From NCBI GenBank assembly GCA_965261895.1, contig OZ253480.1, forward strand, positions 173,276 to 237,275: 64,000 nucleotides of DNA. Reading direction: 5' to 3'. Below the pieces are notes generated by a model. That model worked only from the letters and a program-made list of their open reading frames with translations, did not search any database and was not told where the DNA came from. The DNA comes from an uncultured Candidatus Binatia bacterium (GTDB lineage Bacteria > Desulfobacterota > Binatia > UBA9968 > JAJDTQ01). Positions 8,832 through 17,971 of the stretch are shown piece after piece. Both the position numbers and the translations under genes were made by a program. How positions within the stretch are numbered: position 1 is the first letter of the stretch; every line of letters begins with the position of its first letter.

Positions 8832-10012
8832 GCCGCGCTCCGGATGGTCGCCAGCACGTGGGAAGGCTCGAACGTGAATTCCGGCTCCGGATTGCCGTTG
8901 CGGTGCAGCGCTTCCTGCGCACGGATGACGCCGCGCCCGAACGCGTTGACATAGCCGAGAGTGGCCAGGGCCTCCGACAGGACCGGATTGCGGTAATCCG
9001 TCTGCCGCGGGAAGTTCTCCGGCGATGCCATGCCGTACAGCCCGCCCGGGTTCTGGATCTCTATGCGGTCGTCGTACCAGGAGAAGCGAACGGGTGCATT
9101 CGACTCGTAGGAGCGGTGCATGATCGCGTTCAACAGCAATTCGCGAATGGCCGCCGGCGGATAATCGGTCACCGTTCGTTCACGGAGAGCCGATTCCACC
9201 ACCGGGTGCGGCTGTGCCGGAAGAGAAACGAATGTCTCCAGTGCCCTCAGGACCGAAATCAGATCGCCGCTGAATCGTCTCTCTCCGATCGGGTCGTTGG
9301 CCATGGTGGTTCCCGCCCAGTGGACGAACTGAATCCATGCCCCTGGCACCCAGCGTAGCGGGTCCCGGGCGAACAAAAGCGCCCCGGCGTTCGTTGGGCA
9401 ACCCGCGGCCAAGTCGTAGAACCGTAGCGATGCCATCTGCTCTTCGATGGCTCGGTTGTTCTCCTCGATGACCGCACGGTCCACGGCGGCAGGCAGATAG
9501 GTGACAAGAAACATGTCCAGGACCAGATCGTCCATCTTGCAGCCCGTGCACGGACGGAGATCGAAGGTCCGCTGCTGGGCAGTCCGTTTCTCGATCAGAA
9601 TCCGTTCTTCCTGCTGACTGGCGCGGCGCCGCGATGGACCGACGCGGATCCAGACTACACCTTTGTATCGCACCGGTGGCAGGTCCGACGGCAGGACCTC
9701 CACTACCGCTACCTCACCTTCGGGCAACGGGTACTTCTCGATGGTGATGGCCGGCAGCGGCTCGATGTTGACGTTCGACCGTAGCGCTCCGAGGTTCTGT
9801 AGCAGTGCGTCGCTGACGGTCTGACCACTGACCGTCCCGTTATCGTCCACACCGATGATAAGGTAGCCCGGCCTTCGGTGACTGGGGAAGTCGTTGGCGA
9901 AGGCACAAATCGCCTCGCCGAACTTGTCGGTTTTCGTCGTCGAGACCGTGAGTTCCACCCGGTCGGACTCGTGATCCTCGATCAACGCACGCAATTCATC
10001 GGTCGTCAGCAT
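8828..10012 (-). CDS. AlbA_2 (Schlafen-like DNA-binding) + HATPase_c_4 domain protein (RecG-like putative regulator architecture)
   Basis: The N-terminal block HESDRVELTV…AICAFANDF…GYLIIGVDDNGTVSG matches the AlbA_2 pattern. The C-terminal block ELLLNAIMHRSYESNAPVRFSWYDDRIEIQNPGGLYG matches HATPase_c_4. Confidence 0.75.
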   Translation of the reverse strand: MLTTDELRALIEDHESDRVELTVSTTKTDKFGEAICAFANDFPSHRRPGYLIIGVDDNGTVSGQTVSDALLQNLGALRSNVNIEPLPAITIEKYPLPEGEVAVVEVLPSDLPPVRYKGVVWIRVGPSRRRASQQEERILIEKRTAQQRTFDLRPCTGCKMDDLVLDMFLVTYLPAAVDRAVIEENNRAIEEQMASLRFYDLAAGCPTNAGALLFARDPLRWVPGAWIQFVHWAGTTMANDPIGERRFSGDLISVLRALETFVSLPAQPHPVVESALRERTVTDYPPAAIRELLLNAIMHRSYESNAPVRFSWYDDRIEIQNPGGLYGMASPENFPRQTDYRNPVLSEALATLGYVNAFGRGVIRAQEALHRNGNPEPEFTFEPSHVLATIRSAA

Positions 10013-10242
10013 GACACCCTTGAAGCTGGAACTTCCAAAAGGATGGCACGGCCGGAAGCACGGTGCAAATCCGTTTGTCTTGCTGAAAAGGGGACCTTAT
10101 CGCTTTGCGCAGACACCGCGCAGAGGGTTACGACTGGCCAACACGGTTCGCGCCGTGATAGGAGAAAAGTTCCACGCGGTCGGTGCGTGCGTTCGTGACA
10201 AGGACTCCCTCGCGCGTGCATGATCGAACATACGGATAGACG

Positions 10243-11217
10243 ATGCGTGATCTGCCTACACGATGGGGACTGAGCCTTCCCAACCGCGGGGTCCTGTTCG
10301 GGCTCACGACGGTGGACGACCTGTTCGCGTCCGCCGCCCTGGCGGAGGAGTCCGGCGCCTTCGAATCCGTATGGGTGGGCGACAGCTTCATCCACAAGCC
10401 CCGGCTCGATTCCATCGTCATGCTGTCGAACCTCGCGGCGCGGACTGAACGCGTGCGGCTGGGTACCATCTGCATGGCGACCTTTCCGCTGCGCCATCCG
10501 GTAGAGCTCGCGATCCAGTGGGCGAGCCTGGATCATGTCTCCGGCGGCCGCACCGTGCTGGGCGCCTGCATCGGCGGCGGGCACGAGGCCGAGCTCCGGG
10601 CCTTCGGGCAGACCTCCAGGGAGCGGGTCCCTCGGCTGGAAGAAGGGGTGGCGTTGCTGCGCGCGCTGTGGGGCGGTGAGCGGGTCCACCACCGTGGACG
10701 CTTCTACACCTTGGAGGACTACGACATCCTGCCCAAGCCCGTACAACGCCCCTGCCCCATATGGATTGCCGTCAATCCGCGGCGACCCATGGTCGATAGC
10801 CCGTTGGTCAAGCGGGCGCTGGAACGCGCGGTACGGCTGGGCGACGGCTACATGACGGATGCGGTGGCGCCGGACGAGTTCCGCAGCCGCTGGGAGTTCA
10901 TGCAGGAAACCGCCGAACGGCTGGGCCGGGACCTGAGCCGCTTCGAGACCTGCATCCACGGCATGATCAACATCAACGAGGACAAGCAGGCGGCCCTCGA
11001 AGAGTCGAAACACTACTTTCGCGAGTACTACACGCCGTCCTGGCCCACCGACGACGTCATCAAGATCTGGCTGGCTCACGGATCCCCGGACGAGTGCGCT
11101 GCGCTGCTCAGGGAGTGGCTGGACATGGGTATCACCACACCGGTGCTGCGCTTCACCGGACACGACCAGTTGGCGCAGATCCGCCGTTTCGTGACGGAGG
11201 TTCTACCGTTGGTGTAG
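10243..11217 (+). CDS. LLM-class (luciferase-like, F420/flavin-dependent) oxidoreductase
   Basis: 324-aa ORF with LLM-family sequence (…FESVWVGDSFIHKPRLDSIVMLSNLAARTERVRLGT…GRFYTLEDYDILPKPVQRPCPIWIA…). The - ORF 10006..11163 is antisense shadow. Confidence 0.85.
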   Translation: MRDLPTRWGLSLPNRGVLFGLTTVDDLFASAALAEESGAFESVWVGDSFIHKPRLDSIVMLSNLAARTERVRLGTICMATFPLRHPVELAIQWASLDHVSGGRTVLGACIGGGHEAELRAFGQTSRERVPRLEEGVALLRALWGGERVHHRGRFYTLEDYDILPKPVQRPCPIWIAVNPRRPMVDSPLVKRALERAVRLGDGYMTDAVAPDEFRSRWEFMQETAERLGRDLSRFETCIHGMININEDKQAALEESKHYFREYYTPSWPTDDVIKIWLAHGSPDECAALLREWLDMGITTPVLRFTGHDQLAQIRRFVTEVLPLV

Positions 11218-11293
11218 GGGCGGGTTTCAAACCCGCCCGCCCATCGAACTGCCGCGCACTGCGGGCGCGGGCGGGTTTGAAACCCGCCCCTAC
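11214..11293. repeat. Inverted pair of REP family A (GTAGGGGCGGGTTTCAAACCCGCCC)
   Basis: GTAGGGGCGGGTTTCAAACCCGCCCGC … GCGGGCGGGTTTGAAACCCGCCCCTAC forms an ~80-bp palindromic unit. The TAG stop of the LLM gene (11215-11217) lies inside the repeat. Confidence 0.9.
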
Positions 11294-11380
11294 ACTTCGT
11301 GGTCACGCCTTGCCGGCGACGAACGGTCGTGCGCATCTTGCTGCGCAACGGTATCACAGAGGTCATCAGGAGGCTGTAAG

Positions 11381-12766
11381 ATGAACCCGAGTTTACGAGA
11401 TTTCCTCCGCGCGGTGCGGGAGACGGGACCGGACAACTACGTCGAGGTGACTCAGCCGCTGGACCCCTACCTGGAGATCAGCATCATCCAGCACAAGCTG
11501 GCGGCCGAGGGACGCAACCCGGTGATCTACTGCCCCGAGATCAAGGGCAGCTCGCTGCCGCTGGTCACCAACATGTTCGGTTCCTTCGAACTGCTGGCCT
11601 GGGGACTGGGCTGCGATCCGCGCAGCATGACGCGGGTGGAGATCTACGACGTGCTGCGCAGGAAGCTGGCGCAACGGGAGGATCCGGTGTGGGTGGCCGA
11701 GGAGAACGCGCCGGTGAAGGAGAAGAAGCTCATCGGCGACGCCGTGGACCTGAGCCTGTTGCCCATCATCCACAACTCCAAGCTCGACGCGGGGAAGTAC
11801 ATCAGCGCCGGGTTCATGATCGCCAAGTGGCCGGATACGGGCGTTCCCAACGCGGGCATCTACCGCCACATGGTCATTGGCCGGAACCGGCTCGGCTGCA
11901 TGATCAATCCCGGCAATGACGGGGCCTACATCGCCCGGCGTTGCGCCGAGCTGGGGCGGCCCATGGAGATCGCCCTGATCATCGGCCATCACTCCGCGGT
12001 GTTGCAGGCGTCCCAGGGTAAGGGCGTTGTGGAATTCGACCTCATGGGCGGCTATCTGGGGGAATCGCTGGAGGTCGTCAAGGGCGAGACCGTGGACCTG
12101 CCGGTGCCGGCGCAGGCGGAGATCGTCATCGAAGGGACCATCGATCCCGCCGCCATGTCCACCGACGGCCCCTACGCCGAGTACCTGGGCTACTACGGCG
12201 TCGGCGACAAGCCCTGCTACGTCATCGACGTGAGCGCCATGACCATGCGCGGGGATGCCATCTACCATCATCTGGACTCGGCCCACATCGAGCACAACCT
12301 GGCCCCTGCCATGAGCGCCGAGATGAGCATGTACGACCGGCTGCGGGCGCAGTTTCCGACCCTCAAGGCGGTGAACGTCATGGGCTGGCTGGGCACGTAC
12401 GTGTCGTTGCAGCAGCGGGTCCCCGGCGAGGGTAAGCAGGCCGGCCTGGTAGCCGTGGCCACCGACAACTACGCCAAGACCGCGGTGGTGGTGGACGACG
12501 ACGTGGACATCTACAGCGAGCGGGAGGTGACCTGGGCCATCCACACCCGCATGGTCGCGGACCAGGACCTGCTGATCATGCCGGGGGTCAAGGGGGCGCA
12601 TCTCGATCCCGTGTCCTACAACGAGGCCCGCACGGGCCGGGGCCCCATGACCACCCATCTGGTCATCGATGCTACCCGGCCCGTCGAAAAGGAATTCGAG
12701 ACGAAGATCGAGCCGGACCAGGAGCTGTGGCGGAACATCGACCTGAAGAAGTACCTGAAACCCTGA
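11381..12766 (+). CDS. UbiD-family (prFMN-dependent) decarboxylase
   Basis: 461-aa ORF. N-terminus MNPSLRDFLRAVRETGPDNYVEVTQPLDPYLEISIIQHKL and overall length fit UbiD. A paralog lies at 52248..53519. Confidence 0.85.
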   Translation: MNPSLRDFLRAVRETGPDNYVEVTQPLDPYLEISIIQHKLAAEGRNPVIYCPEIKGSSLPLVTNMFGSFELLAWGLGCDPRSMTRVEIYDVLRRKLAQREDPVWVAEENAPVKEKKLIGDAVDLSLLPIIHNSKLDAGKYISAGFMIAKWPDTGVPNAGIYRHMVIGRNRLGCMINPGNDGAYIARRCAELGRPMEIALIIGHHSAVLQASQGKGVVEFDLMGGYLGESLEVVKGETVDLPVPAQAEIVIEGTIDPAAMSTDGPYAEYLGYYGVGDKPCYVIDVSAMTMRGDAIYHHLDSAHIEHNLAPAMSAEMSMYDRLRAQFPTLKAVNVMGWLGTYVSLQQRVPGEGKQAGLVAVATDNYAKTAVVVDDDVDIYSEREVTWAIHTRMVADQDLLIMPGVKGAHLDPVSYNEARTGRGPMTTHLVIDATRPVEKEFETKIEPDQELWRNIDLKKYLKP

Positions 12767-12909
12767 AACAGGAGCGCCTGAAACGTTGAGGCGCCATTGA
12801 CAAAGAACCGGGCACGAACTACTATTCCTCGTTCTCCACGCTTCAAATCAGAACGGCGTGCTTTCATAGCCGGTCGGTGAGACCGGCGACCATTCAAAGG
12901 AGGCAGATA

Positions 12910-13902
12910 ATGCGACGCTACACATGGACAGCATTGTTGGCGATTGCGCTGGTGAGTTTCCTGGCCATCGAGGTCGCGGCCGCGGAACTCCACAAGATCA
13001 AGGTCACCGCCGGCCGGAACAGCATCATTTCCATGCTCTATCTGGCAGGGGACATGGCCGGAATCTTCGAGAAGAACGGCATCGACGCGGAAGTGGACGT
13101 GCGCCCCTTCGCAGGACACATGGCCGCGCTGCCCGCCAAGGAGGTGCCCTGTTCCTCGTACGCCGGCACCGCCGCCATTGCCAGGATCACCCAGGGCCTC
13201 GACTTCGTCATCATCGGAGGCGGACTGACCGTGATGCAGGAGGTCTTCGTCAAGAAGGACAGCCCGGTCAAGTCCATCGGCGACCTCCGGGGCAAGAAGT
13301 TCGGCACCTGGTCCACCGGCGCCGGCGCCTTCAAGGCCACCCGGGCGGTCATCATCGACGGCCACGGCATGGACGTGATCAACAAGAAGGACGTGGACTT
13401 GAAGCAGGCCGCCGCCCCCGCGCTGCTGGCCCTGCTGGACCGCGGCGACGTGGACTCGATGTTCAACATCAGTTCGCTGACCGTCAGGGCGGCGTCCCAG
13501 CCCGACAAGTACCGGTCGGTGTTCGTGCCCAACGACTACTGGAAGTCGAAGACCGGCCAACCCATCGTGTGGTCCGCTCCGCTGGTCTGCTGGCGGGAGT
13601 GGGTGGACGAAGACAGGAACCGCGCGAAGAACCTCGCCAACTCGGTCATGGAGTCCATGCGTTGGCTCCGGAATCCCAAGAACTTCGATCAGGCCGAGGC
13701 CAAGTTCGCCAAGGTAACCGGCATCAAGAACAAGGCCGAAGCCGGCATCTACCGGGACTGGCTGCAGAAAGAGAAGATCTTCCTGGCCAAGTGGGACAAG
13801 GAAACCGTTGACCACCAATGGAACTTCCTCGATATGGCCAAGCGGCGCGGCGTTCTGGACTTCGTTCCGGACAAGAAGAAACACGGGCTGATTCTCAACT
13901 AG
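12910..13902 (+). CDS. ABC transporter substrate-binding protein (NMT1/THI5-like, NitT/TauT family)
   Basis: Start chosen at the ATG at 12910, preceded by AAAGGAGG. Signal peptide MRRYTWTALLAIALVSFLAIEVAAA. Followed by a matching permease, ATPase and second permease. Confidence 0.8.
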   Translation: MRRYTWTALLAIALVSFLAIEVAAAELHKIKVTAGRNSIISMLYLAGDMAGIFEKNGIDAEVDVRPFAGHMAALPAKEVPCSSYAGTAAIARITQGLDFVIIGGGLTVMQEVFVKKDSPVKSIGDLRGKKFGTWSTGAGAFKATRAVIIDGHGMDVINKKDVDLKQAAAPALLALLDRGDVDSMFNISSLTVRAASQPDKYRSVFVPNDYWKSKTGQPIVWSAPLVCWREWVDEDRNRAKNLANSVMESMRWLRNPKNFDQAEAKFAKVTGIKNKAEAGIYRDWLQKEKIFLAKWDKETVDHQWNFLDMAKRRGVLDFVPDKKKHGLILN

Positions 13903-13991
13903 TCAACGTTACGGCGTCCGGGTCCTCGTCACGGCTTCGACCGGCCCGAGGGCCCGGACCCCTCCACGCCCATCTCTGACAGGCTCTCCTT

Positions 13992-14756
13992 ATGATCAAG
14001 GGCAATCCCGGTCTCGTGGCCGGGGGCCTCACGCTCCTGGCCTTCGTCCTGCTGTGGCAGGTGGTATCGATGTGGTTTCTTGCGGCTTTCCTGCCCGGGC
14101 CGCAAGAGCTCATCCAGCGGCTTGTCACGGTCTATTCGGAACCCAGCAGCTACACCGTGGTCTGGGATACGCTCCGGCGGATCATTCTGGGCCTCGGCTT
14201 CTCCATGGTCATCGGCGGCATCGCCGGGGTGGTCATGGGGCTCCACCGGCACGTGGAGGCCTTTCTTGACGGCTGGATCATGGTGCTGCTCACGTTCCCG
14301 GCCATCTGCTGGGCGTTTCTGGGAGTGTTGTGGTTCGGTCTTTCGGACATCGGACCGGTGTTCACGACCGTGCTTATCGTCTTCCCGTTCGTGGCGCTCA
14401 ACGTTTGGGAAGGGACCAAGGCCATCGACAAGGAAGTCATCGACATGGCCAAGGTCTACAAGGCGAACCGGCACCTGATCGTCCGCAAGGTGATCGTTCC
14501 GCAACTCATGCCCTATCTCTTCTCGTCCATGCGGATCGCGCTTTCGCTGTCCTGGAAGATTGTGCTCGTGGGAGAGGCGTTCGCCGTAGGCAGCGGGGTC
14601 GGGCAGATGCTGGTCTTCCATTTCCAGGACACCCGGGTCGACATGATGCTCGCCTGGGGCGTCAGCTTCATGGTCTTCATGGTCCTGGTGGATGTATTGA
14701 TATTCCGCTCTTGGGAAAGGCGCGCCTTCCGGTGGCGGCATCAGGTTGCGACTTAG
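13992..14756 (+). CDS. ABC transporter permease (NitT/TauT family)
   Basis: 254-aa multi-TM ORF. Paralogous to 15552..16331 (shared …IVPQLMPYLFSSMRIALSLSWKIVLVGE… block). Confidence 0.85.
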   Translation: MIKGNPGLVAGGLTLLAFVLLWQVVSMWFLAAFLPGPQELIQRLVTVYSEPSSYTVVWDTLRRIILGLGFSMVIGGIAGVVMGLHRHVEAFLDGWIMVLLTFPAICWAFLGVLWFGLSDIGPVFTTVLIVFPFVALNVWEGTKAIDKEVIDMAKVYKANRHLIVRKVIVPQLMPYLFSSMRIALSLSWKIVLVGEAFAVGSGVGQMLVFHFQDTRVDMMLAWGVSFMVFMVLVDVLIFRSWERRAFRWRHQVAT

Positions 14757-14775
14757 CCGAGTACAGGTATCGTTC

Positions 14776-15555
14776 ATGGCTTCGACCGTCGTTCACGTAG
14801 ACAAATTGACAAAGAAGTTCCCCACCCCGGGCGGCGGCGAAGAGTTCGTGGTGCTCGACGCCGTGAGCCTGGACGTCAAGGAGGGAGAGTTCGCGAGCCT
14901 CGTGGGGCCTTCCGGCTGCGGAAAATCCACGTTGCTGAACGTCATCGCGGGCATCGAGGTGGAGGACGGCGGCAACCTCACGGTGTACCCCGCGGCCCAG
15001 TCGGCCGACGGCGCCGTGCACGTGGGCTACGTCTTCCAGAGCGCCCGCCTACTCAACTGGCTCACGGTGGAGGACAACATCCGCTTCGCACTGGAGGCCC
15101 AGGCCGTGCCGCGCGAGCAGTGGCGCGACCGCGTGGGCAAGTACCTCGACATGGTGGGCCTGGCGGGGCAGGAGCCGAACTACCCCCTCAACCTGTCCGG
15201 CGGGATGCAACAACGGGTGGCCATCGCCCGCGCCCTGGCCATCGAGCCCGACGTCCTGCTCATGGACGAGCCCTTCAGCCACCTGGACGAGATCACCGCG
15301 CGCAAGATGCGCATCGACCTCATGGACATCCTCGAACGCGCCAAGACCACGATCCTGTTCGTCACCCACGACCTGCGCGAGGCCGTCTACCTTTCCGACA
15401 ACGTGTACATGATGAGCACCAAGCCGGCGCGGATCTTCAGGCATGTCCACGTGGACCTGCCGCGGCCGAGGCAGCCCGAGGACCCGCGGCTGTTCGACAT
15501 GGAGAAAGAGCTGGTGCGGGAGTTCTTCGCCGTTCTGGAGCAACAGTCCGAATGA
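14776..15555 (+). CDS. ABC transporter ATP-binding protein (NitT/TauT family)
   Basis: Walker A GPSGCGKST, signature LSGGMQQRVAIARAL, Walker B LLMDEPFSHLD. Start taken at MASTVVHVDKL (14776). Confidence 0.9.
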   Translation: MASTVVHVDKLTKKFPTPGGGEEFVVLDAVSLDVKEGEFASLVGPSGCGKSTLLNVIAGIEVEDGGNLTVYPAAQSADGAVHVGYVFQSARLLNWLTVEDNIRFALEAQAVPREQWRDRVGKYLDMVGLAGQEPNYPLNLSGGMQQRVAIARALAIEPDVLLMDEPFSHLDEITARKMRIDLMDILERAKTTILFVTHDLREAVYLSDNVYMMSTKPARIFRHVHVDLPRPRQPEDPRLFDMEKELVREFFAVLEQQSE

Positions 15556-16331
15556 GCATGCGTTTCTACATGCGTGCGGCGTCCATGGTGGCGCTGGTGG
15601 TGGTCTGGTGGATCGGCTCGCTGTTCACGCTGCCGGAGGTCCTGCCGGGGCCGGTCCGGATCCTCCAGACCATGGGGCGTATCCTCGTGGAGCCCGGTCC
15701 CGAGGGCCACTCGGCCTTCTTCCACATCGGCATCACGATGTTCCGCATCGTCATCGCGTTCGTGGCGGCGATGGTGGCGGGCATCGGCATCGGACTGGCC
15801 ATGGGACTCCGCAAGACCGTGGAGTATTGCCTCATGAGCCTGATCCCGCTGTTCCTGACCATACCCACCATACTGATGGTGTTTCTGGCGGTGCTCTGGT
15901 TCGGGTTCAGCGAGACCGGGAGCCTGGTGGCGGTCGTCGCGGTGGTCACGCCCTTCGTGACCGTGAACATGGCGGAAGGCACCAAGGCCATGGACAAGAG
16001 CTTGATGGACATGGCCAAGTCCTTCAAGGCCAACCGGCGGATGCTGATCCGCAAGGTCTACATACCCCAGCTCATGCCCTACCTGATGTCCGCGTTCCGC
16101 TACTCCTTCGGTATGACCTGGAAGATCGTGGCCCTGTCCGAGACCTTCGGCATCAAGTTCGGCATCGGCTACATGTTCTTCTTCTGGTTCGAGAACTTCG
16201 ACATGGAGCAGGTGCTGGCGTGGGTCCTGCTCTTCGTGATCCTGATGCTGATCATCGAGTACGGCGTCATCGCCCGCTTCGAGCAACGCGCCTTCGCCTG
16301 GCGCCGCACATTCTCCGCCGCGGCCCTGTAG
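15552..16331 (+). CDS. ABC transporter permease (second NitT/TauT-type permease)
   Basis: ATGA overlap with the ATPase stop (15552-15555). MSMRFYMRAASMVALVVVWW…, multi-TM. The stop TAG (16329-16331) lies inside a family B REP. Confidence 0.85.
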   Translation: MSMRFYMRAASMVALVVVWWIGSLFTLPEVLPGPVRILQTMGRILVEPGPEGHSAFFHIGITMFRIVIAFVAAMVAGIGIGLAMGLRKTVEYCLMSLIPLFLTIPTILMVFLAVLWFGFSETGSLVAVVAVVTPFVTVNMAEGTKAMDKSLMDMAKSFKANRRMLIRKVYIPQLMPYLMSAFRYSFGMTWKIVALSETFGIKFGIGYMFFFWFENFDMEQVLAWVLLFVILMLIIEYGVIARFEQRAFAWRRTFSAAAL

Positions 16332-16560
16332 GGGCGACCGGCGGTCGCCCCCGTGTGGCGGCACCACACGAGGAAGCGCAACGCCGCTCCGAAACCTTTA
16401 TTCATACGGAAATGGCGCTCAGGCCCCGGCATCGTCTTTCCCGCGAAAGCGGGTGTGTCAAAAGGCCAACTTCGAGGTGCGAAAGGCCAATCCGTCATTC
16501 CCGTTTCCCTCCGTCATTCCCGCGAAAGCGGGAATCCAGGCGGGGTGAGGCGGGGTCGGA
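16328..16560. repeat. Mosaic REP cluster (family B palindrome plus family C GTCATTCCCGCGAAAGCGGGAATCCAGGCGGGGTG modules)
   Basis: GTAGGGGCGACCGGCGGTCGCCCC at 16328. TTTCCCGCGAAAGCGGG and CATTCCCGCGAAAGCGGGAATCCAGGCGGGGTG follow further on. The segment GTGTCAAAAGGCCAACTTCGAGGTGCGAAAGGCCAA recurs inverted at ~58374-58415. Confidence 0.85.
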
Positions 16561-16579
16561 AAGGCACGTAGGCGCGGTT

Positions 16580-16891
16580 CTACCGTCCCTGCGCCTTGAT
16601 CTCCGCCAGGGAGAACGGCCCGGCTCCCATCACTTGGTGCAACTCCCATTCGATCAACTCGAACGTGCAGAAGCCGGCCGTGGTGTAGGGGTCGCTGCCG
16701 GCGATGCCCTCCGCCTCTTCGCGTGAGTCCGCGCGTATGAGGTAGATGCCGAGCTTGCGGTCCGGCGTCGGTCCGGACATGAGGATCTTCCCCGCCTCAT
16801 GCTGACGCTTCATCCAGGACAGGTGGTCGTCCAGCGTCACGTTCCACTCTTCCCTGGGCTTGACCGCGCTCCTGAGTCCAATGAACCACAT
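16580..16891 (-). CDS. YciI-family protein
   Basis: Start at MWFIGLRSAVKPREEW… (ATG at 16891). About 100 aa with a YciI-like pattern (…HLSWMKRQHEAGKILMSGP…GIYLIRADSREEAEGIAGSDPY…). Confidence 0.7.
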   Translation of the reverse strand: MWFIGLRSAVKPREEWNVTLDDHLSWMKRQHEAGKILMSGPTPDRKLGIYLIRADSREEAEGIAGSDPYTTAGFCTFELIEWELHQVMGAGPFSLAEIKAQGR

Positions 16892-16926
16892 GCTCGTTTG
16901 TTCCTTTGTCGTCTGAAACGGGCTTC

Positions 16927-17763
16927 CTATCTGGCGGCGCAGATATCCCACCAGTTCTGGTCGAGGTCGCTGAACACGAACGAGACCTCGCCGTTATCGT
17001 CCCGGAGGTCCCGCACCTCGCCGATGCCCATGTCCTTGCCCGAGGTCTGGAATGCCCGGTGCGCGTCCACTACCTCCTGCTCGGTTTCCACCTGAAGCGT
17101 GAAGCGGTTCAGCTCGGAGACGTAGTGCCGCGTCCGGCCCGGCAGCACCACCACGTACCAGGGCGTATCGTAGTGCTTGATGTACACCGATGAACGGCCG
17201 CCGCCCGCGATCTCCAGTCCCAGCACCTCACTGTAGAAGCGCGCACTCACTTCCTTGTCGTCGCATTCGCGGGTGCCGTGGGTCAGCGCCTGGGGCAGGT
17301 ACCCCCGCCCCGGGAAACGCTCCTCCGGCATCTTCTCGCACCACGGGTTGATGGCGTTCCGCTGGCCCCGCACCACTGCCTCGTGGTCGTAATACTCGAT
17401 CTCCCAGTCGTTGCCTCCGGGTTCGCGGAAATAGACCGAATGGGCGAAGTGGCTCTCGTGAGGACGGCTGACGCGCATGAGCTTGTACTGCTCCTTGTGT
17501 GCGTTGAGGTACTCGTAAGCCGCGTTCACTTCTTCGACGGTCTCCACCCGCACGCCATAGTGGTGCAAATGCGGCTTGTCCACGGACTCGGGGGAGCCCT
17601 CGTGAATGACGAGTTCCCACTCGGTATTGGGGTGCTTTACCGTCGCCTGTCCGGGTCCCTGCCGTACGACCTCGAACGCCAGCAGGTCGGTGAGCACAGG
17701 CAGGGTGTCGTCCAGGGACTTGCACTCGTAATGGCCGCGTTTCAGTGCGGTGGGCTTGATCAT
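16927..17763 (-). CDS. VOC-superfamily protein, two-domain (extradiol dioxygenase/glyoxalase-like)
   Basis: 278-aa ORF with two glyoxalase/VOC-like halves (…HHYGVRVETVEEVNAAYEYL… and …LEIAGGGRSSVYIKH…). Substrate unknown. Confidence 0.7.
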   Translation of the reverse strand: MIKPTALKRGHYECKSLDDTLPVLTDLLAFEVVRQGPGQATVKHPNTEWELVIHEGSPESVDKPHLHHYGVRVETVEEVNAAYEYLNAHKEQYKLMRVSRPHESHFAHSVYFREPGGNDWEIEYYDHEAVVRGQRNAINPWCEKMPEERFPGRGYLPQALTHGTRECDDKEVSARFYSEVLGLEIAGGGRSSVYIKHYDTPWYVVVLPGRTRHYVSELNRFTLQVETEQEVVDAHRAFQTSGKDMGIGEVRDLRDDNGEVSFVFSDLDQNWWDICAAR

Positions 17764-17971
17764 GTTGCGTTCCTCCGTCAGGTATGTCGTTCGAGGCCGT
17801 GAACGGCATGTAAGGCCAATTCACGGCACCGCCCAACGTAGCGCATTTCGGCGAGTTGATGAAGCGCTGTCCCCGCCCGCCTTGGCGGTGCCCACGCTTG
17901 CATTTTCCCCTCATCCTTGGTTCCCTCGATTCATGCCGTGGCAGCCCGAATCGAGACCCGACGGGAGGCTC

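Noticed and set aside
16353-16571. Small ORFs at 16353..16571, 16458..16649, 46239..46652, 46383..46658 (N-terminal part), 58053..58499 and 58254..58520, with recurring peptides such as IPAKAGIQ and SFPRKRESR.
   Set aside because: They are translations of REP family C/D palindromes in different frames and orientations. The same 'peptides' recur because the DNA repeat recurs, so they are not genes.
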